Source of the DNA: Hamiltosporidium tvaerminnensis FI-OER-3-3
Lineage: Eukaryota > Fungi > Microsporidia
Direction of reading: 5' to 3'
Assembly (NCBI GenBank): GCA_022605425.2
Contig: JAKIMF020000001.1
Coordinates: forward strand, 2,046,001-2,110,000
DNA length: 64,000 bases
Position 1 is the first letter of the stretch; every line of letters begins with the position of its first letter. Below, in pieces: positions 45,462 through 58,530 of the stretch. Below the pieces are notes generated by a model. It ran no database searches. It was not told the DNA's origin and saw only the letters and a program-made list of their open reading frames with translations. A program made the translations under genes and the position numbers.

Positions 45462-47312
45462 ATGTTTTTTCATATAATATTTTGTCTCTGTTCATTGCAA
45501 GAAAATTCTGAAATTCTTTTGACTGATCCTACAATAGCTGAAAATACGCATATCGATTTAATCTGTCTAAGAAGAAGCAATAGTTATGTTGAAAATTATT
45601 TAAAAAAAATAGATTTCAGAATCAGCAAAGAAAAATTGGTGGAAATCAGTTCAATTATATGTTTTTGCATGGAATTATCGGAAAATTATAATGGTAAATC
45701 TGATTATGACTATTTGCTTTTATTTGTGTCATCGATTTTTTATATCATATTTATCTCGGATGCAATACATTATTTTCAATGTAACCCAGAACTTTTTTTT
45801 AACGTAAGCACATTTTTAAAACTATATAAATATTTAAACCAAGTTCAAAATCATGAATCTTTCTTGGTAAATTTGACTTTAGATTTTCTTATTAATAAAC
45901 CCGAATTTATGAGTTTATTAAAATTTAGAGGTCTTGAATCTGACATTGATTCCACCAAGAAAATGCTACCGGAATTAACATTAAATATAGAACGAAGTTG
46001 TACACAAAATAGTAGATTAGATGTGGATATATGGGAAAACATACAAATTAATCTTGATATCCACAATCCGGTTTCATTTCGACTTAGTGAATACCTTCAA
46101 AATGCATCTTTCGAAAGAATCTTTATATTTTTTTTAAAAATAAAAACAGATGTCGCCTTAATAAACATTACAGCTTTGTGGGATGTAGATCCGAAAATCA
46201 ACCCATATAAGTTGATAATAGATCAAAAATTTTTGGATGAAACTTTTTTAACAGAGGAATGGTTTAGAAAAAAATATTCTGCGATGGTTAATCAGAATAG
46301 CGCGGCTGAGTTGATGAAGCTTGTGTTGGAACCTTTCATTAATGGCGTTTTAATGGATAAAAAGAGTCTTGAATGTATTTTTGGATTAAGCCGAAAAGAT
46401 TTTTCGAATACATCAACGCTCGTTGATGAAAAATTCCCACAAATCCTTTTGGAATTATTTGCAGAAAAAACAAATATAAACATGTTAAAAAACCTTTATT
46501 GCTTTTTGAAAAAAATTATAAAACCTGAGATTTATAATTTTATTCCAATTGTAATTTGTTTGAAATGCTTGTGCTTTAAACAAGAATTTTCAAGTGATAT
46601 GAAGTTACAACGAATCATCTTAGAAATTATATTTTTCATAGCAATATTAAAGAGAAATAATACAGAATTTGAAGAAATAGATATAGAAAACCGATTACAA
46701 AAAGAATATCTAAGGTTTTTAAAGAATGATATCATCGTCAAAAATATTGTTTGTGAAAAAGATACTAATGGTGATCCTTTGATATCGAAGATTATTCCAA
46801 AAACATTAAATTTTCTTCAAACAGCCGTTTATGTACAATATTTTGCCGACGGAAAATTTTTAGTGCTATTTAGCATAGCCTTGGATACGAAACACAAGGA
46901 ATTCAATATTAATATGAACGATTCATTTGAAAAAAGGATGAAAAAAATTTTAATTTGTTTAATGGAAGATGAATTAAAAGATTTAGATCTAAAAGGGTCA
47001 GTCTGTGTTCCATCTACTGAATCAAAATCCCTATTAGAAACTGCGATGACTTCTACAAAACCACAGGGGGAAATTTTTGAAAAACAGGCTCGGGTACCCA
47101 GTGAAGGATCGAATGAGATATTCAAAAAGGATTCAGACAAAGAAAAAGTAAATTTGCCTATTTCCGAAGAAAACCAAAAACGACTGCCTGAAACCGAAAA
47201 AAAGAATCAAATTAACACTTGGAAAATTGTCTTGGTTGCAAGCATAGGTTTGGCAATAGCAATTTTATTGTTCGGATATTGGTTTTTTTTTAGAAAAAAA
47301 TTGACAAACTAA
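45462..47312 (+). CDS. Lineage-specific type I membrane/surface protein (616 aa)
   Basis: Short hydrophobic N-terminus; charged low-complexity stalk; C-terminal TM IVLVASIGLAIAILLFGYWFFF followed by RKK. Confidence 0.75.
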   Translation: MFFHIIFCLCSLQENSEILLTDPTIAENTHIDLICLRRSNSYVENYLKKIDFRISKEKLVEISSIICFCMELSENYNGKSDYDYLLLFVSSIFYIIFISDAIHYFQCNPELFFNVSTFLKLYKYLNQVQNHESFLVNLTLDFLINKPEFMSLLKFRGLESDIDSTKKMLPELTLNIERSCTQNSRLDVDIWENIQINLDIHNPVSFRLSEYLQNASFERIFIFFLKIKTDVALINITALWDVDPKINPYKLIIDQKFLDETFLTEEWFRKKYSAMVNQNSAAELMKLVLEPFINGVLMDKKSLECIFGLSRKDFSNTSTLVDEKFPQILLELFAEKTNINMLKNLYCFLKKIIKPEIYNFIPIVICLKCLCFKQEFSSDMKLQRIILEIIFFIAILKRNNTEFEEIDIENRLQKEYLRFLKNDIIVKNIVCEKDTNGDPLISKIIPKTLNFLQTAVYVQYFADGKFLVLFSIALDTKHKEFNINMNDSFEKRMKKILICLMEDELKDLDLKGSVCVPSTESKSLLETAMTSTKPQGEIFEKQARVPSEGSNEIFKKDSDKEKVNLPISEENQKRLPETEKKNQINTWKIVLVASIGLAIAILLFGYWFFFRKKLTN

Positions 47313-48399
47313 AATGAAGTTTCATTTGAATATATTCTTTAACCACGGGTTTTCGCATAATAAGACACTTTTTTGTACATTAAAAATCATATTCATTTAA
47401 TTTATTTTACAGTTACAAATATATTTACGTATCTTCTTTCAAAAGAGTAAGAAACTATATAGACGAGAGGTTTAGAGTTTTTTATTGGATACTTGTTCAA
47501 GTTTATGATGAAATAATTCTAAAAAATTGCCAATCAAACTTTTTTAATTAACCTATTTATTCTTACAAGCGAAAATAATATAAGATAAGTCTAATCTTGG
47601 ATTGAATTTTAACCGTATATGGAAAGTTCTTCGTACAAAAGATTGGGGCTTCGTTTGACAACAAGCTGCATTATTTCAAGTTATAAAGAGTATAAAACTA
47701 TTTTGAATCCAATCGTTCTGAATTAAAAAACGGTCTATTGAAATGAAAATAATACTAAAATAAAGTATAAATTAAAGAGAAGAAATACATTAACGATGTA
47801 GCTTGATATGTTTAAAAAAATTCCATTTGTTAAACCTAAACATATTTTTCGTAATATTTTTTTAATCGAAAAATAAAAGTTCTGGAAAAGCTTTAGTTAA
47901 AATCACAATAAATCATAATATAAAACTGGATTATGCTTTTGACATATGTTCAAAGCTATCTATAAGTTCCCTAAATACAATTTTAAAGAATTATAGAAGA
48001 AATTGTAAATGATGTTTGCAATAAAAAAAATATTTTTCTACGTTTTAAAGTATATTGCAGATTTTATAACAAAGAATTTCTTTTAAATCATAACACATAC
48101 AGAATGTCAAAAAAATCTTGAAACTCAAAAAATATAAACTTTCATTTATTTTAAAAGGAATTTCAAAATTGTTTTATAGTAAATAATGATTCATAATATT
48201 CTAAATCTATGTTTTCTTTGGTAAAATTGATTATATAATTGAATGAACCTTTGCAGATAAATATTTTTGAAATGTCAAAAAACACCCGGACACCTAAAAA
48301 ATGTTAAATATTCTATGTCATAGATCAATAATTATTTCTTTTGAGTTTTAAATCATATATCAAATTAGATATATTCATTCAACCAGGAAGAAAAATGCT

Positions 48400-49362
48400 A
48401 GGGTGGAATTAAGCTAAAAGGCTATTCAATAGAAAAATTTATAAATTGCTACAAGTAGCTAGGTCAAAACTCCACGATACTTTACAGAGTTTACAAATAG
48501 AAAAAATTCAAATCGTAAAAATAGACCCTGAAGACCTCCTGTTATAGATTTTGCCGTCGCAAATAAAATTTCTGATGTTGGAAGAGAGAATTCTAAAATC
48601 ACTTCACCAGATATCACCTAAAATTGGAGGCATTGTGTAATTATTATGATGATTTTCAAACCATAAGAAACCATCTAAGCAAGGTTAGTGTCTATGCTTG
48701 TTCCTCCGCTCAAAAACCTTTGTTGTCACTAAAAAATATGGTTTCTACATTTGAAATTATATAAATCATTTTAAGATAGCGATTGGAAGCGTACATATTT
48801 AGTGATCAATGCAATTTTTAATTGTTTAAATTCAGAAGGTACGGTTTAGGTATTAAGGAAGTATGAAAAACGCCTTAATCCTTATTATATGACAAACTCA
48901 GTTACATAAAAGTGGAAATATTATGGTTCAGACATTTATGTCATATTACTGTGTTGATATTCTAGAATTTATTGATACTCTATAGACCGATTTCAACATT
49001 TACTATTCTTGAAAATAATTTAGAATCATTTTAAAAAAATTTGGGTTTAGACCTGTATATTTATCAGCAAGGTAATAAAATTAAACAAACATCAAAGGTT
49101 GCTGTGTGATATTTTCAAAGAAAAGAATTGAAATACTTCCCTTGCCATCCCAATTACTAGATTTAACCCCAATAGAACATCTTTGGGCTTATATGAAAAA
49201 ATATTTGTTTAATTTTACCTTGAAAAATATGAATGAGGTAAAGCAAAAATTAATCGAAATATGAAATATAATTCTTATGTTTTTTGCAAAAAACTTGCTA
49301 GTTCTATGAAAAAACATGTGTTAGCTGTTTTACTTGCTCGTGGATGGTATAATAAATATTAA
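48400..49362 (+). mobile_element. Decayed Tc1-family transposase remnant
   Basis: QKPLLS, DWK..IFSD, YIYQQGN, PSQLLDL/NPIEHLW and terminal RGWYNKY* read across frameshifts; no TIR pair identified. Confidence 0.8.
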
Positions 49363-49634
49363 ATAGAAGTGTCTGTTTTCATTTTTACCACAGATTTGCA
49401 ATTTCAATTCTATCGTTAATATAGAGAAATTATATAAAAACATTCATTAAATACATAAAATATATCTCATTATACCTAAAAATAACACTTTAAATTACGA
49501 CGTTCTATAAATAATTAGTTTTATTAAAACATAAGTATCACTATATTTTGCATACTGTGTTAATACTATAGCCATAATAAATTTATAAAAATATAACGGT
49601 TAGTATTACAAAAGAAATTAAATACGGCAAATAT

Positions 49635-49735
49635 AAATAACCAGATTTAAAACCATCTACTTGTAAAGATTACACGGAACCGACGTGAGATCATGATTTA
49701 GGCTTTTAATGGAATAACCACACTGCATTTTTGCT
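49635..49735 (+). repeat. Second copy of the dispersed repeat at 20505-20612 (opposite strand)
   Basis: Shared TAACCA..TTAAAAC...GGAACCGA(C/T)GTGAG(G)ATCAT...AACCA(C/G)ACT(G/A)CA. Confidence 0.5.
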
Positions 49736-50332
49736 TTACTCGTAAAAATCATTATAGAATAGATGGTATATAAAACGGAAAAAAGTTTTTATTAAGCTTG
49801 TTTGTAGTTTTTAAGTGAAAATATCAAAAACGGAAGCTGGAGTACTAAATATTTGCTGGTAAAAAACGTCCGGACCTAACCTTTCTCACTCTGATTTGGA
49901 GACTTTACGCATGATAGATACGAGAAAAAGCATCCCCCATGTTTCAGGAATTCTTAATATCTGATTATAACAGTTGATATGTATACCTTTGTCTAATTTA
50001 AGCCCATTTGTGCTACTGAGATATATTCTAGTGATTGTTTTTTTTTTTTGGTTTGAATAGTGTAGTTTAATTAGAAAGGCTACTCATCTTGTTTTTTTAC
50101 AAGCGTATTAATTTCTTCATGTACAATATAAGCAGCAGAAATACACAAACACCTGGAAAATTTGACTATTAAATGGTATAAACTCTCTACAAGGATTAGT
50201 TTTGTAATGTGGATATCCAGGGTTATCGATAGAGTCTTAGGAAAGCAGCTAGAACAGTCAAGCCAAAAATATAATATGAATGGTACTAAATTTTACAATT
50301 ATTAAGAGTTCTGATGGTTTTCTTTATTAAAG

Positions 50333-53300
50333 TTTATTTAATAAAATTCTGGGTTAAAATATTTTTAACATTGTTTATATGTTTTCTTCTACCTCTTTAA
50401 CCACTATTGTCTCTTCTTCCAAATCCGACTCTTCATTTATGTTATTGGTCGGTTCCTCTAAAGTGGTTCCTCCTTGTGAAATAAGGGGTGTATTATTTTT
50501 TAGTTTAAATTTTTTTGCACCATCTTCCTCTCTCTTCTCTTCTTTTAAAGGCGTTCTTGGTTCCTCATGCATCTCTGCTCTCATAATAACACCCATTGAC
50601 GCTCTCTCCCAGCTCTCTTCGGCATTTAGTCCTGACTCAAGTCCTCTTCGTCGATCAAAGGAAATCGTTTCGACTGTCTTCTTAAGTACTATAGACTGAA
50701 TGTATGCCTCTACATTCATGGGTATTTCTAGTCTTTTAAGATGAAATTTATGGTATTTCGTCACAAACACATCCCAGGTCATCACATAAAAGATTATCTC
50801 AACACTACGCCTATAAATAAGACCTAACTTATTGGCTAGCAGGTCATACTTCCTAAGTTTTTCAGTTTGATCTATTTTAAGTGAATCTTGAAAAGTGATT
50901 CTTACTTCAATGAGTGTTATCTTATTCTTCTTTTTATCTAAAATAAATATGTCCGGTCTGTTATTCCGAATTTTAACATCAGTTTTAATTCTGGTGTCCA
51001 CTCTTATCTCTGCATACTCATTATCAAGAATTTCTTGAACTGAGTGACTCCTAATTCGTTTTGAAGACTTAAACTTATATCTATTTAAGAGAAGTAAGTG
51101 TAGGCATCAAACCACTTCATTATGCCGTCTGGTGTAGTCATGGCCAAGCATTTTTTCACATCGAGTTGCTAGATGATCTACAGTCTTACCGGATTTATTG
51201 AAGTGTTGACACACACCATCTGCTCCCCAGAATACATTTCTATCCTGGATAAAGCAGAACACAGCTTCATTTCGTGGCCTAATATTTCCTCTCTTTAGCC
51301 ATCTTGAAGAGTCACTAACACTCACAAGCTCATTTTTCCTTGCATTATATAACTTTGAATGGAGTTTTCGTTTTTCTATTTCGTTATATAGTTTTGCAAG
51401 TTGAGCTTCTTCTAAACTTTTCTTAGTGACTTCTTCTACCAACCTGTACTTTACTTTTAAGAAGCCTTTTATTAGTGCAAGATGGGTTTTATTATTATTC
51501 TCCACCTTGAGGATTGCTGCTCGTCTAGTTGATATTTCTTTACTTTTTTCCAGACAATCCAAGAGTTGCAGAAGCATATGTTCGCTTCGCAACTCAACAC
51601 TATGTAGGCCTCTTCCAAGTTCTGTTCTAGGAAGATACAACCGCTCTTTACATCCTGGGCGGAGATGTATCTTATTTTTAACCAACACCGCACGCACTGC
51701 ATCATCTAACTTAGAGAAGTCAGCCGGTTCAAGTCGAAGTACTCCTATGTGGTAGTTGATTAACGATATCGCATGTTGATTGATTGCAGAAAATAAATTC
51801 TTTGCATTTAATCTAGTGTGACAAAGTCTTTCAACTCTTGATATAAGTTTGCTCTGTACTTCTTCAAATGAGCTACGTGTTGGGATTCCTCTGCTATCTT
51901 CTATTATTCCTAAATATTTGTAAACACTAACACCTTCTAGAAGAGTAGCAGTATCTTCACAACACGTATCATTTGTGGCTGACTTCTCTTTGTTAATCTC
52001 TAAGCCAATCACCTCTAAAAATTCCTTTGCCTCGTCTTTCATAGCACTCAATGTTCGGCTGTCTTTTGCAAGGAGTTTAAGATCATCAATGAACAAGAGA
52101 TGATTAGTAGAATGGAATTCTGCATTTGTTTGTACTGTCACTTTTGTGTATTTTTCATTAAGCTTTCGGCTTAATGGATCCATACACAAAACAAATAACA
52201 AAGGTGACAAACTATCTCCTTGTAGAATCCCTCTATCAATCTTCTTGCTCATGATTTTTTCAAGCCCTACTGATATATCAATTTTCCATTTTGATATAAT
52301 TACCTTAATAAATTTCAGGATCCAATCAGGTAAATTAAGGTTTTCAATGCATTGAGTTAAATAAGCATGATCTATTGAATCATTAGCTTTTTAACATCAA
52401 TCCATGTTGCCTTAAGATTATTTCCATATTCTTTATTTAAGGCAATATTCAGTAGAGCCTGCTCTTTCGCTCCCTGCACACCTTTTACCGCCTTTAATTG
52501 GTTCTCTGCAAGCAACCCTCGCCTTTCCACTTCAATTTGAACAACTTTCGTTACACACTTTGTCGTTAACTTATAGAGGTTTGACATACAAGTGATTGGC
52601 CTGTAGTCAGAGCCTCTTCGTGGAATTCCTTTCGGTATCAAATACGTAAGCCCGCAGTAAAACCAATCAGCTCGAGGTGTTCCTTCTAAACATATAACTT
52701 TCACAATATTATAAATATATTTGTGAAGAGTTGTTAGTTTCTTGGTGAAAAAATTGTTAATACCATCAATTCTAGCAGCTTTCCAATTAGGGAGCCAATT
52801 AATAATATTTACAAATTCATCAAATGAAAGAAACGTGGTCGGATGATTATCTGATACAAATAGAATCCAATAATCATCATACGTGAGTGTGTCATCATTT
52901 TTGTTCCACATTGTAGACCTGAAACTCACAATTTCCTCACGACTAACCACATGCACGAATTCTACACGCTCAGATAACCCACGATAAAATCGACCTTGGA
53001 AAAGCTCAAACATACGATTCTCTTTTCGGAATTTCTTCCTACTTTCATGCATCTTGATTTTTTTTTCTAGTAAACATTCAAAGACCCATTCTTCTTAACT
53101 AAAGCCTCGGAAATATCAGTTCCGCTGCTCAAGTTTAAATTAAACTCTCGCATGACTTTCTTAAGGCTCTTCGTTTCCGAAGTGTAAAGCTTTCCCTGCT
53201 TAAGAGCCTTCTCGAGAAGATCTTTGGAAAGTACTAACTTAGAAATTTTACTTTCTATGTTTTCCTTCCAAGCGAATCTAGGCTTCTCTTTACGTGTTGC

Positions 53301-53686
53301 CTCGTCATAGCATACCTGGGCTGCCTGGATTATCCGTGCCACTGCAGTTATCGTCATCGGCACACAAGAATCAGCATACTCACCGATAATTCGATTAATA
53401 AGCTCCAAAACTCTTCTGCAACCAATTCATTTGGAAGCTTTCGAGTTCGGACCACCACTTTTCCAATTTCCTTCTCCGAGATTTCTTTGATTTTACACAA
53501 AAATTTGTCTCTCAGGTTCATATAGAGTGTAGTGTCAGCGCAGGAACATGGCTTGGCGAGACAAGTGGCGATTCTACGTCGCTCTCCCTTCTCTTCTTGC
53601 TTTATTTTCCTTTCTGCCTCATTTTGTGCAAGTTTTTTAAACGCATCGATATCTAGTGTGCAGCTAATTTTCTCATTATAGTACCT
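50333..53686 (-). mobile_element. 5'-truncated, frameshifted R4/Dong-like copy
   Basis: ORF fragments 50375-53408 match the 33354 ORF; same 3' terminus; homology stops at GTACCT (53686); no TSD found. Confidence 0.95.
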
Positions 53687-54029
53687 CAGAGTAAAATATA
53701 ATAATAATAATATTCAAAAATATAAAATATGCAAGCTTTTTAAGATTTTACATTTACTTGACAAGAATCCAATAATGGGTTAAAAATAGAATCATTATCT
53801 ATTTCCAGAATAATATTACAAAAAAGGCAATTGAAATAAGTTGTATTATATATTTTATTTACAAGCTTTTCTTGGTTTATTCTGCTTTTTGTATTAATTC
53901 TTAAGTCTTTTACTATGTTTCGAGTCGTTCTTTGTGCACGAATTCTTTCCCAATTTGGATTTATTACTTGAGTTTTAGTTGATTAACACTTTATTCCTTT
54001 TAGTCTGTATAATTATGAAAAAATAAAGT

Positions 54030-55110
54030 GTTCCTGTTTCTGAGCTTTCTGAAGCCATAAAGTAATATATTTGTTCAACTCGCTCAGGCCTGTAGGCTTA
54101 AGCTCAATTTAAAAGCCAGTCGTAAGAATTTGTCTCGAGTAATATGTTTGGTACTATTCAAAGAGTGTATAACCCTAGTTTTATGGGTATTTTTAATCTT
54201 TTAAGGTGGGGTTTGCTATATTTTGTCAGAAAAATGCTCCATATCATCTAATAAGAGATTATATTTGCACTAAATTCAAAAATAAAAATTCTACGAAGTG
54301 TCATATGAGTAATTTTCCTTACTTATACTGTTTCGACAATTTGAAGTGAATCTTGGGAAAATATTCCGCCTTAATTGAGTGTTCTATGTTTTTAAGCGTT
54401 GCAAAAATAAGACATCGAGCTTATTTTTCCAAATTTTAAATTTTTTTTTTCTGGTGTTCATTCATATTATCACATACTCAGTATAGGTTCCATGAATTAA
54501 ATGACTTCCAATTCGTGTTTAGATGTGAGCATACATAAATTGTGGAAATCCAATTGTAGGTATGAAACTTGTCCATTATAGCGTTCAATTTAGTCATTCC
54601 AGAAAAATTTTTCACATCGACCTCTAAGTGCTTCATGCTTTACCAGACGCTTTGTAGCATTGAGACTTACCTTATGTTCTCAAAAAATTATTTCTATATT
54701 GAATTTCAGAATACAGCTGCTACATCTAGTGGCCTAATAACTCTTCCTTTAACTATCTAGAAAGATAATTAACACTTAAAAACTCGTTTTTCTTGTATTG
54801 CATACTTTGTGTTAAGTTTTTGTTTTTTTTATTTCGTTATATAATTTCGCAAGTTGAGCTTCCTCTAAATTCTTCTTCTAACCTATATTTTACCTTTAAA
54901 AAACTTTTTATTTGTGAAAATTGAGTTAATTTCTTTTCCACCTTTAGGATTGCTGCCCTTCGAGTTGATATTTCTTTGCTTTTTAAAAATCAAACTATGT
55001 GTTACAGAAGAATATATTCACTTCACATTCAATATTATGTAAGCCTCTCCCAAGTTCTGTTTCAGAAGGTAAAAATGCTCTTTACATCTTCAGAATCTAG
55101 AACATTAGTT
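54030..55110 (-). mobile_element. Older decayed R4/Dong-like fragment
   Basis: TTGAAGTGAATCTTGGGAA, ATTTCGTTATATAATTTCGCAAGTTGAGCTTC, CCACCTTTAGGATTGCTGC and CTCTTTACATC colinear with ~50560-51690. Confidence 0.8.
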
Positions 55111-55466
55111 TGTACTAAAAAAACCAGGGGTTTAAATCAAATATTTTTTTTACAAAAGCGCAATTAAACATTCTGGTTTCACTATAAAGATGGATCATAA
55201 AAAAGACCAACAAAGAAATAAATTACATTATCTTATTTCTCACATTGCTCTCTTTGTTTTATCAGTTGAAAAAGTAAAGTAAAATTATTTAGTACTTAAA
55301 CAAATTTTTAGTCTCGGAAATTTTATAATCCGTATTTCGTTATTCTGATTATCCAATCGTTTAATATTCTTTCCTTTATTAAAAACACGCAAAAATATTT
55401 TATTTATTCTTCTTTTTTTATTCCATAGTTATTTCTTTCCATAATCAAACTTATACCGTCTATTTT

Positions 55467-55650
55467 CCTTCTTCTCTATAATTTCATTGTTCTTTCTTGT
55501 TTAAATTTCACCCATTCTACTAAAAACTTACCAGTCTTGTCTATAATTTTCATTGGCTTTTTTATTCCCACTCTTTCAATTATAAACTTCCCCTTCTTCT
55601 CTATAATTTCATTGTTATTATTTTTCTATTTTAAATTACCCATTCTTTCT
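55467..55650. repeat. Pyrimidine-rich imperfect direct repeats upstream of the importin gene
   Basis: CCTTCTTCTCTATAATTTCATTGTT...TTTAAATT..CCCATTCT at ~55467 and ~55592, with a partial copy at ~55540. Confidence 0.7.
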
Positions 55651-55709
55651 ATTATTACCCTTCCTCTTTAAATTCTGCTAATTTTCAATATTTTTTTCTT
55701 AACCCCCTC

Positions 55710-58340
55710 ATGGATACTTCTTCTCTTAGATCTGTCTTCCTAGACACTTTATCACCAGACAATACAAAAAGAACAACCGCTTCTGATCGTTTACTTTCTC
55801 TTCAAAAAAATCATGCATTTATTTTACATTTACCGACTTCTTTTATGCAAGACACAGACCAATCAGTGAAACGAATTGCCGCTCTTTATTTCAAAAATAG
55901 TATTTCGCATGAATTTGCATCCTTCAGTCCGGAAGAACAAGATCAACTTTTAAATGCAGTATTCATCAACATAAGTGATCCATCTCTTTGCAGTGTCTAT
56001 ATTTCTGTACTTCAACACATAATACAGAACTGTTGTGAACCTTTTTTACAAAAAATTGCTACACACGCTGCAACATTTATTTCGTCACCTTCTACACAAA
56101 CAGTCTCTCTTTACATTCATCTGTTCATTTTAAAACAAGCAAAATCCAAATTTGATTCTTCTTCTGTCACTCTCAACACACTATTTGACACCACAGGTTC
56201 TATTCTCATTTCTCTTCCCAATACTTCAGATTATTTAATTACTTATTTAACTATAAAATTATTTTGTCAAGCTACTGATTATTACAAAATGCCTCGTTTT
56301 TTTGAAGAATATTATCTTCGAGTCTACGATTTATGCCACACACTTCTTTCCTCGACCAACGTATACAACGACACAAATACAAACTTTTTAAAAACCAGAA
56401 AATGGTGCGCACATTTTCTTTACAAAGCAGTTTCAAAAAGTCAAAAAAATTTTCTTAAAAAAAAAGAAAACAATTCATTTATTCGACAAAATTTACCAAC
56501 CAACACATTTCTAATGGTAATACAGAAACAAGACCTACCAAAGACACATCAATTTGCCGGTGATTTTTTCGTTTTAATATCTCGCAAAACAGAATTACCA
56601 CAAAAAATATTTTTAATTGAAAAATTTATTTTTCCAAATTTGGTTTTCAAAGACAAAGAAAAATTTGAATTTTATCCCGATTCCTATTTAAGAGAGAAAT
56701 ACAATTACTACAACAATGATCTAAGAAACAACGTAATGTTACTTCTCAACGAATATAACAAAGACAAAGAAACCAAACAACAACTTCTTCAATTCGTAGA
56801 AAAATCTCTTTCAATTCCTACAAATTCATTTACCACAGCCTGTAATAAATACGGCGCAATGGAATTTCTTTCTTGTTTAAATGATTCAGATTTTCTTATA
56901 AAATTTGTTATTCCAGAAATAAATTCAGAATTTTTATTTTTACAGTCACAGGTTTGTTATATTTTACAATTTTTTGAAGCAAAAATTGTTGAAGAAAAAG
57001 TTGGAACAAATTTTGTTGCTCACCTCCTTGAAAAAATTGTTGCTTTTTCTGGTGGAGAAAATGAAATCTTAAAAGTCGATGCTCTACTCACTCTTCCCTT
57101 CTTTTTTACATATTCTGACCAAACTCGCCTAAAAAGTTTAATTTCTTATTTTGTTCCACTTCTACTCAACACAACCAAAACCTACGACTTAGAAGCTCTC
57201 AACGATGTAATGGAAAGCGTAATTAAAACATACGGAGAAGAAGTAAGCTCATTTGCTCCCAGTCTAATCTCTATGATGGTAGACTGTATGGATATAAAAT
57301 CCAAAAACATAGAAAAAATGTGTGGATACCTCAGAAATATTTCAGGACTGATGGACAGCGTAAGAAACAAAGAAATTCTTAGAAATATGTTTGAAAGATC
57401 ATTTTTATGTTTAATAAATATTTTAAAAGAAAATATAACAGAATGTTACGCAGAAGTTTTAGATGTAATAGTTAGTTACATGTTTGGAGTAAAAGTATTA
57501 GACAAAGAGATGTATGAAATTCTCAGATTTATTTTAGAAGGTGGAGATTTCTCAGGAGTTGTAGATGAATTGTCAGCATTTTTTGACAATTTTATTTCTT
57601 ACGGAGGAAATAATTCTTTACCATTTGTAAATCCAATTTTAAATTATATCAGTGTTTGGATTAAAGGAGACGAATATTTTTTTGATGATGATTATACAGC
57701 AGGCTGTAAAGTTATAGAAAGCATTCTTTTAAATCTAGGTTCCTGTGTCAAAGACAATATAAAAGGAATTTTAGAATTAATTTTAGAAAAATATGAAAGT
57801 TTTGAAAGAGAAGGAAGTTCTTTGTTATATTTCTTATTAATTGTAATGGAATGTTTTATTTTAGAAAAAGAAGTTGTAATTCAAGTTTTAAATGAAAAAA
57901 ACTTTTTAAATAAATTTTTAATTGATTTAAAAGAAAATGAAGATAGAATGAACAGATTACACGACAAAAAAGTAATTTGTATGTTTTTAGGAGAAATTTT
58001 AAATATGAAAAATAATATTTTTAGAAGTACAGATATTAAAGAATTATTACTTAGAAATATTAATGAAATTACTAAAACAATAGAAAATAAATCTGAAATT
58101 AAAGAATATGAAGAAAATGAAGAAGAAGAAGAATATGAAGAAAGTTGTAGTGAGGATTGTTATCAAGATGTACTTGAAGAGGATTATACTTTTGAGTCAC
58201 CTTTAGATTCTTTTGATGTTAAAGAATATTTAAGAAGAGTGTTGGGAAGTGTTAATAAGGAGTGCTTTGGATGGGAAGTTATGGGTATTATGAGTGAAGA
58301 AGATAAAAGAAAAATATACGAAAGATTATGGGAAAAGTAA
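55710..58340 (+). CDS. Importin-beta family karyopherin, importin-7/8 (Nmd5/Sxm1)-like
   Basis: IBN_N region (TLSPDNTKRTTASDRL..AALYFKNSI), KTRKW, FDNFISYG, RLHDKKV, acidic tract then FESPLD; CCCCC upstream. Confidence 0.85.
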   Translation: MDTSSLRSVFLDTLSPDNTKRTTASDRLLSLQKNHAFILHLPTSFMQDTDQSVKRIAALYFKNSISHEFASFSPEEQDQLLNAVFINISDPSLCSVYISVLQHIIQNCCEPFLQKIATHAATFISSPSTQTVSLYIHLFILKQAKSKFDSSSVTLNTLFDTTGSILISLPNTSDYLITYLTIKLFCQATDYYKMPRFFEEYYLRVYDLCHTLLSSTNVYNDTNTNFLKTRKWCAHFLYKAVSKSQKNFLKKKENNSFIRQNLPTNTFLMVIQKQDLPKTHQFAGDFFVLISRKTELPQKIFLIEKFIFPNLVFKDKEKFEFYPDSYLREKYNYYNNDLRNNVMLLLNEYNKDKETKQQLLQFVEKSLSIPTNSFTTACNKYGAMEFLSCLNDSDFLIKFVIPEINSEFLFLQSQVCYILQFFEAKIVEEKVGTNFVAHLLEKIVAFSGGENEILKVDALLTLPFFFTYSDQTRLKSLISYFVPLLLNTTKTYDLEALNDVMESVIKTYGEEVSSFAPSLISMMVDCMDIKSKNIEKMCGYLRNISGLMDSVRNKEILRNMFERSFLCLINILKENITECYAEVLDVIVSYMFGVKVLDKEMYEILRFILEGGDFSGVVDELSAFFDNFISYGGNNSLPFVNPILNYISVWIKGDEYFFDDDYTAGCKVIESILLNLGSCVKDNIKGILELILEKYESFEREGSSLLYFLLIVMECFILEKEVVIQVLNEKNFLNKFLIDLKENEDRMNRLHDKKVICMFLGEILNMKNNIFRSTDIKELLLRNINEITKTIENKSEIKEYEENEEEEEYEESCSEDCYQDVLEEDYTFESPLDSFDVKEYLRRVLGSVNKECFGWEVMGIMSEEDKRKIYERLWEK

Positions 58341-58365
58341 TAAAATTTAAATTCTTTATTATTAT

Positions 58366-58484
58366 TTTGTATTTTAGTTTAGTTTAGTTTATTTTGGTTT
58401 ATTTTATTTTGGTTTATTTTATTTTATTTTGGTTTGTATTTTGGTTTATTTTATTTTAGTTTAGTTTAGTTTAGTTTAGTTTAG

Positions 58485-58515
<31 letters not shown>

Positions 58516-58530
58516 TTAGTTTATTTTATT
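58366..58530. repeat. Pentanucleotide microsatellite, (TTTAG)11 core at 58455-58509 with TTTAT/TTTGG variants
   Basis: Directly visible between the two convergent genes. Confidence 0.95.
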
